Part shown: positions 27,915 through 37,445 of the stretch, piece after piece
How positions within the stretch are numbered: position 1 is the stretch's first letter
Layout of the letters: every line of letters starts with the position of its first letter
DNA from: an uncultured Bdellovibrionales bacterium
GTDB taxonomy: Bacteria; Patescibacteriota; Minisyncoccia; Moranbacterales; UBA2206
NCBI GenBank assembly: GCA_964438025.1
Contig: CAYTIK010000001.1
Location: 1 to 45,556, forward strand
Length of the DNA: 45,556 bases
Direction: 5' to 3'
Made by a program: the position numbers and the translations under genes
The notes under the pieces: model-generated
Database searches by the model: none
The model's input: only the letters and a program-made list of their open reading frames with translations
Told to the model about the DNA's origin: nothing

Positions 27915-28472
27915 TTATTTTAATAATATCTTAGCCGCTGCGTATTTAGGACGAATAATTTTTTTCGAGCTTGCGAAATGTAATTTTTTCCACTTATTTT
28001 CCAATTTTTTTAAAACAGCCTCTTTGGCGGCGCCTTGATCTAAATGTTCGTAGACGAAAGCCGCTTTAAAAATGCCAGCGATAGTTTCAAAGTTACTCAA
28101 AGCATCCGCATCGGCCAAAATTTTCTCCTCCAAACTTTCGCGTTTACCGCGTTGCGAACCCCGATGATTCAAAATACATTTCTTAACCAACTTTATTTTG
28201 TCAGTGGGATAGTTTAATTCTTGCAATTTTTTCTCGGCTATTTTGGCGCTGGTCAGATGGTGATCGCTTCGACCAGAAACTATGGAACCGATATCGTGCA
28301 GCCAAGCCGAGAGTAAAACTATTTCTTTGTCGCCGTCGAGATTATTTGCTAATTTTCCGGCATATCTAGCCACCGGCGTAAAATGAAAAACAAAAGGCTC
28401 AACGCCATATTTGCTGCCGGATTTTTGGCATTCATTTTTTACAAAATTTTTAATTTTTTGAACAATATTCAT
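27915..28472 (-). CDS. HD-domain phosphohydrolase
   Basis: H...AWLHDIG...HH...ILNH...ILADAD. Confidence 0.9.
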   Translation of the reverse strand: MNIVQKIKNFVKNECQKSGSKYGVEPFVFHFTPVARYAGKLANNLDGDKEIVLLSAWLHDIGSIVSGRSDHHLTSAKIAEKKLQELNYPTDKIKLVKKCILNHRGSQRGKRESLEEKILADADALSNFETIAGIFKAAFVYEHLDQGAAKEAVLKKLENKWKKLHFASSKKIIRPKYAAAKILLK

Positions 28473-28630
28473 AAGCTTTTCCCTGCCTTTATTTTACCGC
28501 CAAAAGGCTCGAAAATCAATTAAAAAAATAAATTTGCTTTTTCATAATTTTTTGCTATAATTTCCCAATTGCGGAATCGTGACAGCTCTTTTTTTATTAA
28601 CCATTATTTTTTCAAGAAAGAGAGGAAGCT

Positions 28631-28774
28631 ATGAAAAGATTGGCCTGGACCTTGGCAACAACGATAATTTGCTGTTCGGTTTTCCTTTTTATTACTAGCT
28701 GCACTTTTGACAAGGATTATTGCCGAAAAGACAAGGATCTCCCGGATATCCATCGGCCGGGAGGACTGCGGTAA
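28631..28774 (+). CDS. Small putative lipoprotein or gene remnant (47 aa)
   Basis: Promoter TTGCTT-16-TATAAT, GAGGA SD, MKR plus hydrophobic stretch ending ITSC. Confidence 0.4.
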   Translation: MKRLAWTLATTIICCSVFLFITSCTFDKDYCRKDKDLPDIHRPGGLR

Positions 28775-28914
28775 ACAATTTTATTACTTCTGTACCTGGG
28801 CGGCCGGAAGATTCAATAGAATCCGGCCGCTTTTTCATTATCTAAAAACCCTGCCCTTTTTATTCACCTTCATTATTATAGCCATACCATCTCTATTATA
28901 AGAACATAATGAAT

Positions 28915-28948
28915 ATTTCACCTACTGGCATATGCCAGTAGGTGAAAT
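28915..28948. repeat. Perfect 34-bp palindrome with no loop
   Basis: atttcacctactggcat|atgccagtaggtgaaat. Confidence 0.85.
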
Positions 28949-29066
28949 GTCATATTCTATACGCTAAAACTTTTTCCAATTAAATTTGTTAGAGTCGGTT
29001 CCAATTTAAATCAATCTACAATAGAATAAAAAAGGCCGGGAAAATTCCCAGCCTTGTTGGCCAGAT

Positions 29067-29375
29067 TTATCTGGCGTAAATAATCCTATATGAGAGAGTT
29101 AAATCGGGATAAAGCAGGCAAGATCGCCCAGCCGGAACGTGCACTGCGATTGTACTTCTTTTAAGCAATCTTACTTTTGATTTCCGCATGGCAACCTCGA
29201 TTATCAAATACCCAACGCCGGGACCAAAAATAAGCCACCTACCCAATTGTTCCGGATCTTTCAGGATAGTTTTCCGGGCGGACAAACTTTCTTCGGTAAC
29301 AGCTCCGATCATTCCCTCTTTGCGCAATCTTTCAATCGCCTCGTTTATTCCCGGAAAAAACCGTTTTGTCAGCAT
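29067..29375 (-). CDS. Hypothetical protein
   Basis: ATG at 29375 behind GGAGGG; third gene of a three-gene unit. Confidence 0.6.
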   Translation of the reverse strand: MLTKRFFPGINEAIERLRKEGMIGAVTEESLSARKTILKDPEQLGRWLIFGPGVGYLIIEVAMRKSKVRLLKRSTIAVHVPAGRSCLLYPDLTLSYRIIYAR

Positions 29376-29737
29376 GTTTTTCCATCCCTCCTTTCTCTTT
29401 TTCTCATTTGGCTGTTGAAATACCACACCTGTTTAGCCTTATTTTTTACTACTTGCTCTAACAGGCGAAATTCTTGGAGGATATAATTGATTTCAGCATA
29501 AACCACAAATCTGAGCTTAAAATTATGCTGCTTGGCATAAAACCTTTCTACCAAATCTCGCGTCACTTCTAGAACCGAAATTTCTTCTCCCCTGTATTCC
29601 TTGACCACAAATACCATGGAAACACTGGATATTCCATTGGCCATAATCCGTTGGATAATCTCATTGGTATTGGCATCCGCTAGATTTCCTTCAAATCCGA
29701 TGTAGAGAGCAAATTGGCCTTTTTTCTTTTTTCCCAT
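29369..29737 (-). CDS. Hypothetical protein
   Basis: ATG at 29737 behind AGGAGGG. Confidence 0.6.
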   Translation of the reverse strand: MGKKKKGQFALYIGFEGNLADANTNEIIQRIMANGISSVSMVFVVKEYRGEEISVLEVTRDLVERFYAKQHNFKLRFVVYAEINYILQEFRLLEQVVKNKAKQVWYFNSQMRKRERRDGKTC

Positions 29738-29754
29738 CACAGCCGTCCCTCCTT

Positions 29755-30153
29755 TCAGCAATCTTTGGCATATTTCTGCATCAGCCAGGATAAGATTTTT
29801 TTCAGTTCGTTTTTCAAGTTCGGCCCATCGCAATGGATAATTTCGTCTTTCCGAGCCTTGAAAACCAGATAATCCACCGGCGTAATCGGTACTAGCGCGT
29901 GCCTTTTTCTTCGCGGCAGAAAAGTGACTTTATAGCCGTCTTCCGCTTCAAGCCAGAAAAGTTCTCGCTGTTTTTCCAGCGCCAGCCAGAAGATGCCCTG
30001 GCCGACAATGATTACTTCACCCACTTCCGGATGATAGTGCCAAGGAATGCTCTGTCCGGCTTTCGACACATGTCGCACACAGATCATTTCTTTTTCCGGC
30101 CGCATAACCGCATCCAGCGCCCTTTCCTGATTGAGATAAGTGTCAATTCGCAT
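29755..30153 (-). CDS. Cupin-domain protein
   Basis: PWHYHP..E....QG and P....H cupin motifs; SD AGGAGG. Confidence 0.75.
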   Translation of the reverse strand: MRIDTYLNQERALDAVMRPEKEMICVRHVSKAGQSIPWHYHPEVGEVIIVGQGIFWLALEKQRELFWLEAEDGYKVTFLPRRKRHALVPITPVDYLVFKARKDEIIHCDGPNLKNELKKILSWLMQKYAKDC

Positions 30154-30310
30154 AGCTTGAACCTCCTTTATATTTTTAACTATTTTTTTGTCAAAGAAAC
30201 CGCTTTTTTGCTTCCTTTATAAAGCATTCTACCATAACAAAATAATTTTAAAAATGCAAAGAAAAAAGCACCCTATTAATTCAAGGTGCTCTTTAATTCC
30301 TAACCCATAA

Positions 30311-30763
30311 TTACTGCAACTTTTCCTCCACTATCTTCTTGACCAAGCTCCCCTCCGCCAGGCCTTTCAATTTTCCCATGACCGGACCCATGACTTTCCC
30401 AATATCGGCCTTAGAGTTTGCGCCAACTTTGGCGATAATTTCTTCGACGACTTTTCGTACTTCTTCTTCGCTAAGTTGTTGCGGTAAATAAGCTATAAGA
30501 ATTTCGATTTCTTTATTTTCCTTCTCTGCCAATTCCGGCCGGTTACCGGCAGTGTATTGCGCGGCCGCATCTTTCCGCTGTTTGACCGCGCGAGAAATAA
30601 CTTCTTGCACTTCGCTATCATCTAAGCCTGCTTCTTTTTTTAATTTTTCAATTTCCGTATTCTTAACCATGGCATCGAGCATCCGCAACACATCGCGCTT
30701 CAAAGTCTCGCCCGCTTTCATGGCGGCTAATAAATCTTGGGTTATTTTTTGTTTCAGAGCCAT
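30311..30763 (-). CDS. yqeY: GatB/YqeY domain protein
   Basis: AMKA, KQRKDA..Y....R.ELAEKE..E...L..YLP.QLS, IGKVMG; follows rpsU. Confidence 0.93.
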   Translation of the reverse strand: MALKQKITQDLLAAMKAGETLKRDVLRMLDAMVKNTEIEKLKKEAGLDDSEVQEVISRAVKQRKDAAAQYTAGNRPELAEKENKEIEILIAYLPQQLSEEEVRKVVEEIIAKVGANSKADIGKVMGPVMGKLKGLAEGSLVKKIVEEKLQ

Positions 30764-30869
30764 AAAATAAATTCCTTTCTCTACTAATTACGCAACTGCT
30801 TCGCTTTATAAATATACACGATACGAATTAATAAATATTCGTACATTCGTACAAATTCGTAATTCGTAG

Positions 30870-31124
30870 CTATTTAATTAATTTCTTTTTGACGTTTTTG
30901 AAAGTTCCTTCGTCGAACTTGCCCATTTTTTTCAGCCGGTCGACAATTTTTTTGACTTGACCCCGATACATAGCGCCTTCCCGGATTTCCCGCTTACTTT
31001 TCTCTTCGCCGCGGAAGCGCACTTTGCGGGCACGCACTAAAACCCCGCTCTGCTGGACCCGGCGTCCAAAGCGGCGAATTAAACTTTCGCTGGTCTCTCT
31101 TTCTTTTCTTTTGACTTCGATCAT
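30870..31124 (-). CDS. rpsU: 30S ribosomal protein S21
   Basis: IEVKRKERETSESLIRRFGRRVQQSGVL; ATG at 31124; upstream of yqeY. Confidence 0.85.
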   Translation of the reverse strand: MIEVKRKERETSESLIRRFGRRVQQSGVLVRARKVRFRGEEKSKREIREGAMYRGQVKKIVDRLKKMGKFDEGTFKNVKKKLIK

Positions 31125-31158
31125 AAAAACCCTCCCTTCTATAATTGATATTTTTAAT

Positions 31159-32664
31159 TTAACCGTTCTGATTATTGGCCGGATTAGAGCTTTCGCCATT
31201 CCCGCTGCCCTCTCCGTTGTGATATATGATTACACTGTCAGCTTTCAATTTTTTCTTGATCAAATCGACTAATTTATCGGCGCTGACAATTTCCTGCACG
31301 CCGGTCTTCATATTTTTCACGATAACTGTCTGATCCAGCGCTTCCTTCTGTCCCAGAATCAAAGTAATTTCCACACCCAATTTATCCGCTACTTTCAACT
31401 GCGATTTAAGACTGCCTCGGCCGAAACTTTCCGCCACCAAAATGCCATTCTTCTCCAGCTCGGAAAATAATCCTAAGCTTTTTTTCTTGGCAAAATCGCC
31501 CAGTTGCGCCAGAAAGACTTTCGGCTTAGGATAGCGGTAAGCTTTGGCCTGCACCCTTTTCATCTCGCTAATCAACCTTTCCACACCCAGCGCAAAACCG
31601 ACGGCCGGCGTATCTTCGCCACCCAAAGTTTTCATCAGGCCGTCGTAGCGACCGCCGCCGCCTAAAGAATATTTCCGGCCTTCTTCCTGTCCGGACCAGA
31701 TTTCAAAAACTGTTTTGGTGTAATAATCCAAACCACGCACCAGATGCGGATTGATGGTATAAGGCAGATTTAGTTCGTCCAGATATTCCAGCAAATTATG
31801 GAAATGCAGACGGCAGTCTTCGCATAAATGATCGATGGATTGCGGAGCAGTCGCCGCTACCTGCGAACACTTGTCTTCCTTACAATCCAAAGTTCTAAGC
31901 GGATTAAACTCCATCCGTCTTTTACAATCCTGGCAGAGTTTATTTTTTTTTGATTCCAGATAATTAACGAGCAGTTCCCGGTATTCTTTCCGGCAAGCCG
32001 GACAGCCGATGGAATTGACTTGGATCTGGATAGCTTTGATGCCTAAATTTTGGACCACGCGCAGTGCGATCTGGATAATTTGCGCATCCAGAATTGCATC
32101 TTGTTCGCCAAAAGCGTCATAATTGACCTGATAATGTTCTCGATATCTGCCTTCTTGCGGCCGTTCATAGCGATAGGCCGGACCAGTGGAAAAAAGCTTG
32201 ACCGGCTTACTCAAAATATTCATGCCGTGCTGAATGTAGGCGCGGCAGATGCTGGCCGTCATTTCCGGCCGCAAGGAAACCTTATCGCCGCCGCGCGTCA
32301 AAAAACTGTACATCTCTTTTTCAATCACATCCGTGCCTTCGCCGATGCCCCGGGAAAAAAGATTGGTGTATTCCAAAAGCGGCAAATCAATCCGGGCAAA
32401 TCCATAATCGCGCGCTAGCCTTTCCGAAACGCGCCTTACTTGATCCCAATAAGGCTGCTCTTCTGGCAAAATATCTTTCATACCGCGCAATGGCTGCAAT
32501 AATAACTCTTCCCGCTCTTTGAATTTTCCGCCTCTAGCGGATCCCTGCCTGCCGGCAGGCACGGCGCTTTGGGCGGATAACACTTCTTTAAATTTCTGCG
32601 TTTTTTTTCTCATCGCTTTTTTTCGATTGCCCAACATTTTTTTCCTTTTTTTAGATTTAGCCAT
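31159..32664 (-). CDS. hisS: Histidine--tRNA ligase with basic N-terminal extension
   Basis: RGMKDILP, KEMY, LRPEMTA, RYERPQEGRYRE, LVRGLDYY, GGGRYD, GFALGVER. Confidence 0.97.
   Translation of the reverse strand: MAKSKKRKKMLGNRKKAMRKKTQKFKEVLSAQSAVPAGRQGSARGGKFKEREELLLQPLRGMKDILPEEQPYWDQVRRVSERLARDYGFARIDLPLLEYTNLFSRGIGEGTDVIEKEMYSFLTRGGDKVSLRPEMTASICRAYIQHGMNILSKPVKLFSTGPAYRYERPQEGRYREHYQVNYDAFGEQDAILDAQIIQIALRVVQNLGIKAIQIQVNSIGCPACRKEYRELLVNYLESKKNKLCQDCKRRMEFNPLRTLDCKEDKCSQVAATAPQSIDHLCEDCRLHFHNLLEYLDELNLPYTINPHLVRGLDYYTKTVFEIWSGQEEGRKYSLGGGGRYDGLMKTLGGEDTPAVGFALGVERLISEMKRVQAKAYRYPKPKVFLAQLGDFAKKKSLGLFSELEKNGILVAESFGRGSLKSQLKVADKLGVEITLILGQKEALDQTVIVKNMKTGVQEIVSADKLVDLIKKKLKADSVIIYHNGEGSGNGESSNPANNQNG
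32527..32577. repeat. Nested palindromic insert (51 nt) in the hisS reading frame
   Basis: Outer TCCGCC...GGCGGA unit (30 nt) interrupted by ccgTGCCTGCCGGCAGGCAgg (21 nt); translates SAQSAVPAGRQGSARGG. Confidence 0.75.
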
Positions 32665-32687
32665 AAAAATTACCATTAAACCAACAA

Positions 32688-33320
32688 TTAGAAAACTGCC
32701 ATATTATCGAGCGGCCAAGCTCGGAGCAATACTTTACCGATAATGTCTACGCTGCCCACCGAACCCCAATAGCGCGAATCAGAGCTGAACATCCGGTTAT
32801 CCCCCAGCACAAAATATTCATCCTCGTCCAATTTTAACACCAACTCTCCTCTGGTACGAACGCTTTCCGAGAGATAGCTTTTTTCATCCAGCGCCAAGCC
32901 ATCAGGATTAGCGGAATTATAAATAAGCACCTGATTATTTTTGATTTCGATTTTTTCTCCCGGTAAGCCAACAATCCTTTTGATAAAAAATTGGCTGCGA
33001 TTCTTGGGATAACGGAAAACCACCACGTCGCCACGTTCCAATTTCTTGAACGGCTCAACCGCAAAAAAACTTTTGCCTGGTATGCCCACTACCGTCTGCT
33101 TGTAGCCGAATTCATTGATGATTAAGTATTCGTTATTTTCAAAAGCCGGCTCCATGGAAGCGCCTTGGACAAAAAACGGCTGGAACAAAAACATTCGGAC
33201 TGGGGCGATGATCAAAAAAGCCCAAAAAACAATTTTAATCAATTCCAACAGGAAGCCACCTACGCCATAGGAGCTGTTTTTTTCCGTGTTTGGCGATTTT
33301 TTTTTCTGGAAAGATTCCAT
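32688..33320 (-). CDS. lepB: Signal peptidase I
   Basis: GASMEP, FIKRIVGLPGE, YFVLGDNR..SSDSR. Confidence 0.95.
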   Translation of the reverse strand: MESFQKKKSPNTEKNSSYGVGGFLLELIKIVFWAFLIIAPVRMFLFQPFFVQGASMEPAFENNEYLIINEFGYKQTVVGIPGKSFFAVEPFKKLERGDVVVFRYPKNRSQFFIKRIVGLPGEKIEIKNNQVLIYNSANPDGLALDEKSYLSESVRTRGELVLKLDEDEYFVLGDNRMFSSDSRYWGSVGSVDIIGKVLLRAWPLDNMAVF

Positions 33321-33467
33321 CTAATAGCTAAAGGGGTAAAAATCTTCCCTTAGCTTAGCAGAAAAAAAGCTTTCTGGCAAGGCTTCTTTAGGGCTCAAAA
33401 AAGCCTAACTTTGCGCTTGGCCGCTTAGCTGTTATGATTAGATCAGCTCTTGACTGTTGATAAAAAT

Positions 33468-34937
33468 ATGCAGGTATTTTCTTACAAGCTTTTTTTTATT
33501 TTTTTGACCTTTTTGCTTTTGGGCATCATTGGTTATTTTTCTTTTTTGATTTATAAAATTGACTCTGTCGGCAAAAAAATCACCATCCGGGAAACAGCGG
33601 AAAAATCCAAGAGCAGTTTTATCAAAACCGCCCGCTCTTTCGCTGCATTGGACGCCCAAGAAAGTTTACGGGGATATTCAGAAGAGCGCCTCAATATTTT
33701 ACTTTTGGGCACAGCCGGCCAAGGCAAGCCGGGACAAAATCTCACAGATACCTTGATCGTGCTCAGCCTCAATCCCCAAAGCGGCCAAGTAGCGCTTTTG
33801 TCTTTGCCGCGAGATTTATACGTGAGCGTGCCTTTTCTAAATTTCGGAACGAAAATAAATTCAGTCTATCAGCTGGGACTCAATAATGCCGGCCAAGATC
33901 AACATGCCGCCGCGGAAATAATCCTTAAAACCATTGAGGATACCACTTCTTTGAAGCTGCATTATTATGTCATTCTTAATTTTAACGGCTTTGAAAAAAT
34001 TATCGACAGTTTGGACGGCGTCAATATTGAAAACGAAAGAGATATTTATGACGCACGCTACCCCGGACCCAATTATAGTTATGAAACTTTTGCATTGCCC
34101 AAAGGCTTCCAGCATCTGGATGGAGCTACTGCTTTGAAATATGTACGAGTCAGGCATGGTGATCCGGAAGGCGATTTTGGCCGGGCGAAAAGACAACAGC
34201 AAGTCATGGAGGCCGCCAAGAATAAATTCTTTTCCGCCGGCACGCTGCTTAATATTTTTTCTCTCAATGAAATTTTCAATGCCTTGGGAGAAAACATCGT
34301 CACCGATATCGCACCGGAGGAAATCGCCGGTTTTTTGGAACTAGCTAAAAACTTAGACACGCGTAACGCTACTAATGTGGTGCTGGATGCTTGGAAAAAA
34401 GATAGTTTGCTGAAAGTCTACCACGTGCCAACAGAGAGAGGTTTGGCCTTTGCCTTAGTCCCTCGCACCGGCAATTGGAGCGAAATCCATGAACTTTCCC
34501 GGAATATTTTCCAGCTGGAACTATTGGAGAAAAAACGCGCCGCTGTCCAAAAAGAAGAGGCGCGCCTAGCCATTCTTAATAAAAGCGGCAACTTTTCTTT
34601 ATCGGAAAAGATCAGAAAATTTTTAAATTCCGGATTGGATTATCAGAACGTTTCCCTGTTCACGGACAGAAGTTCTTTTTTGGAGGAAAAAAGCGTTGTG
34701 ATTGATTTAACGAATGGGCAGAAGCCTTTTTCTCTGGAAGAAATCGCTTTAAAACTTCCGGCGGCTGTTTCCTATCAAATACCTTACTGGCTGACAGAAA
34801 CTTTGAAGAACCAAAAAACAGATTTGGTGGTAGTGATTGGAAAAGATCTGATTGACAGCTATAATAAAGAAGAAGGGACGTTGGAAGATTTGGAAAGAAA
34901 TCAGGCAGAAGAAGAGAGCACAAATTTTCAATTTTAA
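33468..34937 (+). CDS. LytR-CpsA-Psr (LCP) family protein with LytR_C-like tail
   Basis: TM, NILLLG, TDT, SLPRDLYV, KINS, ALKYVRVR, DFGRAKRQQ. Confidence 0.93.
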   Translation: MQVFSYKLFFIFLTFLLLGIIGYFSFLIYKIDSVGKKITIRETAEKSKSSFIKTARSFAALDAQESLRGYSEERLNILLLGTAGQGKPGQNLTDTLIVLSLNPQSGQVALLSLPRDLYVSVPFLNFGTKINSVYQLGLNNAGQDQHAAAEIILKTIEDTTSLKLHYYVILNFNGFEKIIDSLDGVNIENERDIYDARYPGPNYSYETFALPKGFQHLDGATALKYVRVRHGDPEGDFGRAKRQQQVMEAAKNKFFSAGTLLNIFSLNEIFNALGENIVTDIAPEEIAGFLELAKNLDTRNATNVVLDAWKKDSLLKVYHVPTERGLAFALVPRTGNWSEIHELSRNIFQLELLEKKRAAVQKEEARLAILNKSGNFSLSEKIRKFLNSGLDYQNVSLFTDRSSFLEEKSVVIDLTNGQKPFSLEEIALKLPAAVSYQIPYWLTETLKNQKTDLVVVIGKDLIDSYNKEEGTLEDLERNQAEEESTNFQF

Positions 34938-34946
34938 TAATTTGTT

Positions 34947-35064
34947 TCCCCCTTTAGAAAAGGGGGAGTGAATGCGAGCGAACGTAGCATTCACGGGGAT
35001 TTGAAATTATGTTTAGTTTTTCAAATCCCTCCCCGCTTCGCGGGACTCCCTTTTCCAAAGGGAG
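34947..35064. repeat. Composite REP-like palindrome cluster
   Basis: tcccccttt-aga-aaaggggga ... cccgcttcgcggg ... ctccctttt-cc-aaagggag. Confidence 0.7.
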
Positions 35065-35082
35065 AAAGTTTAATTTAAAATT

Positions 35083-35619
35083 ATGCAAATAATAATCGGA
35101 TTGGGCAATCCGGGCGAAAAATATCTCGGCACTCGCCACAATCTCGGATTTGAATATTTGGACAAACTGCAAGCGGAATGGCATTTCCCCGATTTTCAAT
35201 TGGAAAAAAAGTTTAACGCGGAAATATCTAAAAAAACACTCACAATTCGAAATTTGAAATTTGAAATTTTATTAGTTAAGCCGCAGACTTTTGTAAATCT
35301 TTCCGGCCAATCCGTTTTAAGCGTTTTGCATTTTTATAAAATCCTGCCGGAAAATATTTTGATTCTACATGACGATTTAGACTTGCCCCTCGGCACTTTC
35401 CGCCTGGCGGAAGATTCGCGTAGCGCCGGCCATAACGGCGTGCAGAATATCATCGATCTGCTCGGCACCCAAAAATTCAAAAGGCTCCGTATTGGCATCG
35501 GCGTTGAAAGCGACCTAACATCGGAAAGTTTTGTTTTGCAGAAATTTTCTCTCGCAGAACGCGAGCAAATAGAAAAACTCTTTCCGGAAGTTTTGGAAAA
35601 GATTACGGAAATTATTTAA
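35083..35619 (+). CDS. pth: Peptidyl-tRNA hydrolase
   Basis: GLGNPG, TRHNLG, KPQTF.N.SG, HDDLDL, GHNG, RLRIGIG. Confidence 0.97.
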   Translation: MQIIIGLGNPGEKYLGTRHNLGFEYLDKLQAEWHFPDFQLEKKFNAEISKKTLTIRNLKFEILLVKPQTFVNLSGQSVLSVLHFYKILPENILILHDDLDLPLGTFRLAEDSRSAGHNGVQNIIDLLGTQKFKRLRIGIGVESDLTSESFVLQKFSLAEREQIEKLFPEVLEKITEII

Positions 35620-35630
35620 TGAAATTTAAA

Positions 35631-35667
35631 AAACGGGAGACCTGAATAAGCCTGCCCGTTTCTTTTT
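35631..35667. terminator. Bidirectional terminator
   Basis: aaacggg...cccgttt between convergent genes. Confidence 0.6.
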
Positions 35668-35689
35668 GCTAAATTCTCTGTTTGGATTT

Positions 35690-35917
35690 TTAATATCGCA
35701 CTTTTTTAAAGTAATGACGAAAAATGTTGCGAATGGCTCTTACTATGCCGATAACTCCAGCCAAAACTGCAAAAACTCCCGCTACTCCTAAAATTCCCCA
35801 AAAGGCGATTATTATAGGAATAGTAGAGGAATCTGGCTGAAACCCGTAATATACAGCCGCTAAACCTACTAAGATAAACACAATATTCGTAATCAGATTA
35901 TCTATGTATTCCTTCAT
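35690..35917 (-). CDS. Small two-TM membrane protein (75 aa)
   Basis: ATG at 35917 behind GAAGGAGGG; two hydrophobic helices and a basic tail. Confidence 0.7.
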   Translation of the reverse strand: MKEYIDNLITNIVFILVGLAAVYYGFQPDSSTIPIIIAFWGILGVAGVFAVLAGVIGIVRAIRNIFRHYFKKVRY

Positions 35918-35977
35918 TTTTCCCTCCTTCTCCACTTTTTAGTGGTTTAGATTATTTTACAGAAATTTTATATCCCA

Positions 35978-36109
35978 TTTGGTTTTCAATGTCCCGTCCG
36001 CAAGTGATATCCTTTTGTAAATAATTACAATCAAATATGCTTACTCTCAAGCAAAAAATAAGGAGGAATTTTTGCCTTTGAACTCACGAACAGGACGCTG
36101 AAAACCAAA
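35978..36109 (-). ncRNA. Candidate structured leader/ncRNA
   Basis: 28-bp closing stem on the minus strand (22 Watson-Crick, 5 G-U, 1 C-A) enclosing two hairpins. Confidence 0.6.
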
Positions 36110-36135
36110 ATATGCGATTTTCTAAAGAACCCAAC

Positions 36136-36164
36136 AGTATAGCGCATTCTCCCGTTTTTGTCAA
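36136..36164 (-). promoter_or_regulatory. Sigma70 promoter
   Basis: TTGACA-17-TATACT on the minus strand. Confidence 0.75.
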
Positions 36165-36303
36165 TAGTCGAAAAAGTGCTATATTAAAAGAAAATATATG
36201 GCTTAAAAATTATTTTCCAAAGATATCCTTTCAAGTTAATCATAAATAATTAGTCAAATTACCGCATATGCAATATTTTGACTAATCGACAAAACAAACA
36301 TTT

Positions 36304-37380
36304 ATGCAATATTTAAACGCTTTAAATAAAATCAACGGCCTGGGTCCCCAGCGGATGAAAAAACTTTTGAGTTTTTTTGGCACGACCGAAAAGGCTTGGC
36401 AGGCTGGCGCGGGAGAATTGGAACAAAGCGGCATCGGCCCGGCCATGACCGAAAAAGTTATCGCCCAGCGTCCGGCAATTAATCCGGATGAGGAGTGGGA
36501 AAAATTAACCCGCGAAAATATTCAACTGCTCACGCCGGAAAATTTGGACTATCCGCAACTACTCAAAGAAATCCCCAGCGCCCCTTTTATTTTGTATAAA
36601 AAAGGTAACCTGGATTTGAATTCCGCTCCGCTCATTTCCGTGGTCGGTTCGCGCAAATTTACCTCTTACGGAAAACAAGCGACCGATTCCTTGGTGCATG
36701 ATTTAGTGCAAACCGGTTTGATTATTGTCAGCGGTTTAGCATTAGGCATTGACGGCATCGCCCACCAGGCGGCGCTCGCTAATGGAGGGAAAACAATCGC
36801 AATTCTGGGTAACAGCTTGGATGAAAAAAATATTTATCCTCGTGCCCATATCAATCTTGCACGAGAAATCGCAGAAAGCGGCGCTTTGCTTAGTGATTAT
36901 CCGATAGAGATGCCAGCAAGCGAATTTACTTTTCCAGCTAGAAACCGCCTGATTGCTGGATTATCTTTAGGCACTTTAATCATTGAAGCCGGTGAAAAAA
37001 GCGGTTCGCTCATTACCGCCCATCTAGCTTTGGAATTCAACCGGGAAGTTTTTACCGTTCCCGGTTCGATTTTTTCCGCCCAATCGGTTGGCGCTAACCA
37101 ATTATTAAAAAAAGGCGCTAAATTAGTTATGGGCGTGAAAGACATTTTGGAAGAATTGAATCTGGCAGAAAAAAATGGGATAAAAAATGTTCCTGTTAAA
37201 ATTCCCAGTAATAAAGAAGAGGAAATTCTCCTAAAAATTCTTTCAAGCGACCCGATCCACATTGACAATCTCGCCAGAATATCTAAACTGGGAACAGCGT
37301 CTCTTTCCGCCGCGCTCTCGCTGATGGAAATCAAAGGCTGGATTAAAGATATCGGAGGACAGAACTATATAATCATATAA
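36304..37380 (+). CDS. dprA: DNA-processing protein DprA
   Basis: YPQLLKEI, VVGSR, VSGLALGID..AH, FPARNRLIAGLS, SGSLITA, C-terminal winged helix. Confidence 0.96.
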   Translation: MQYLNALNKINGLGPQRMKKLLSFFGTTEKAWQAGAGELEQSGIGPAMTEKVIAQRPAINPDEEWEKLTRENIQLLTPENLDYPQLLKEIPSAPFILYKKGNLDLNSAPLISVVGSRKFTSYGKQATDSLVHDLVQTGLIIVSGLALGIDGIAHQAALANGGKTIAILGNSLDEKNIYPRAHINLAREIAESGALLSDYPIEMPASEFTFPARNRLIAGLSLGTLIIEAGEKSGSLITAHLALEFNREVFTVPGSIFSAQSVGANQLLKKGAKLVMGVKDILEELNLAEKNGIKNVPVKIPSNKEEEILLKILSSDPIHIDNLARISKLGTASLSAALSLMEIKGWIKDIGGQNYIII

Positions 37381-37445
37381 CATACAACATAGAACATAGA
37401 ACATAAATAAAAAAATGTTCCGTGCTCCATGTTCCATGCTCCATG
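37377..37445. repeat. Inverted pair of heptamer arrays between dprA and topA
   Basis: ataacat acaacat agaacat agaacat ... atgttcc gtgctcc atgttcc atgctcc atg. Confidence 0.75.

Noticed and set aside
37422-37442. Upstream starts for topA (and 43055-43093 for parB)
   Set aside because: Extensions are translations of heptamer arrays; conserved N-termini begin at 37443 and 43054.
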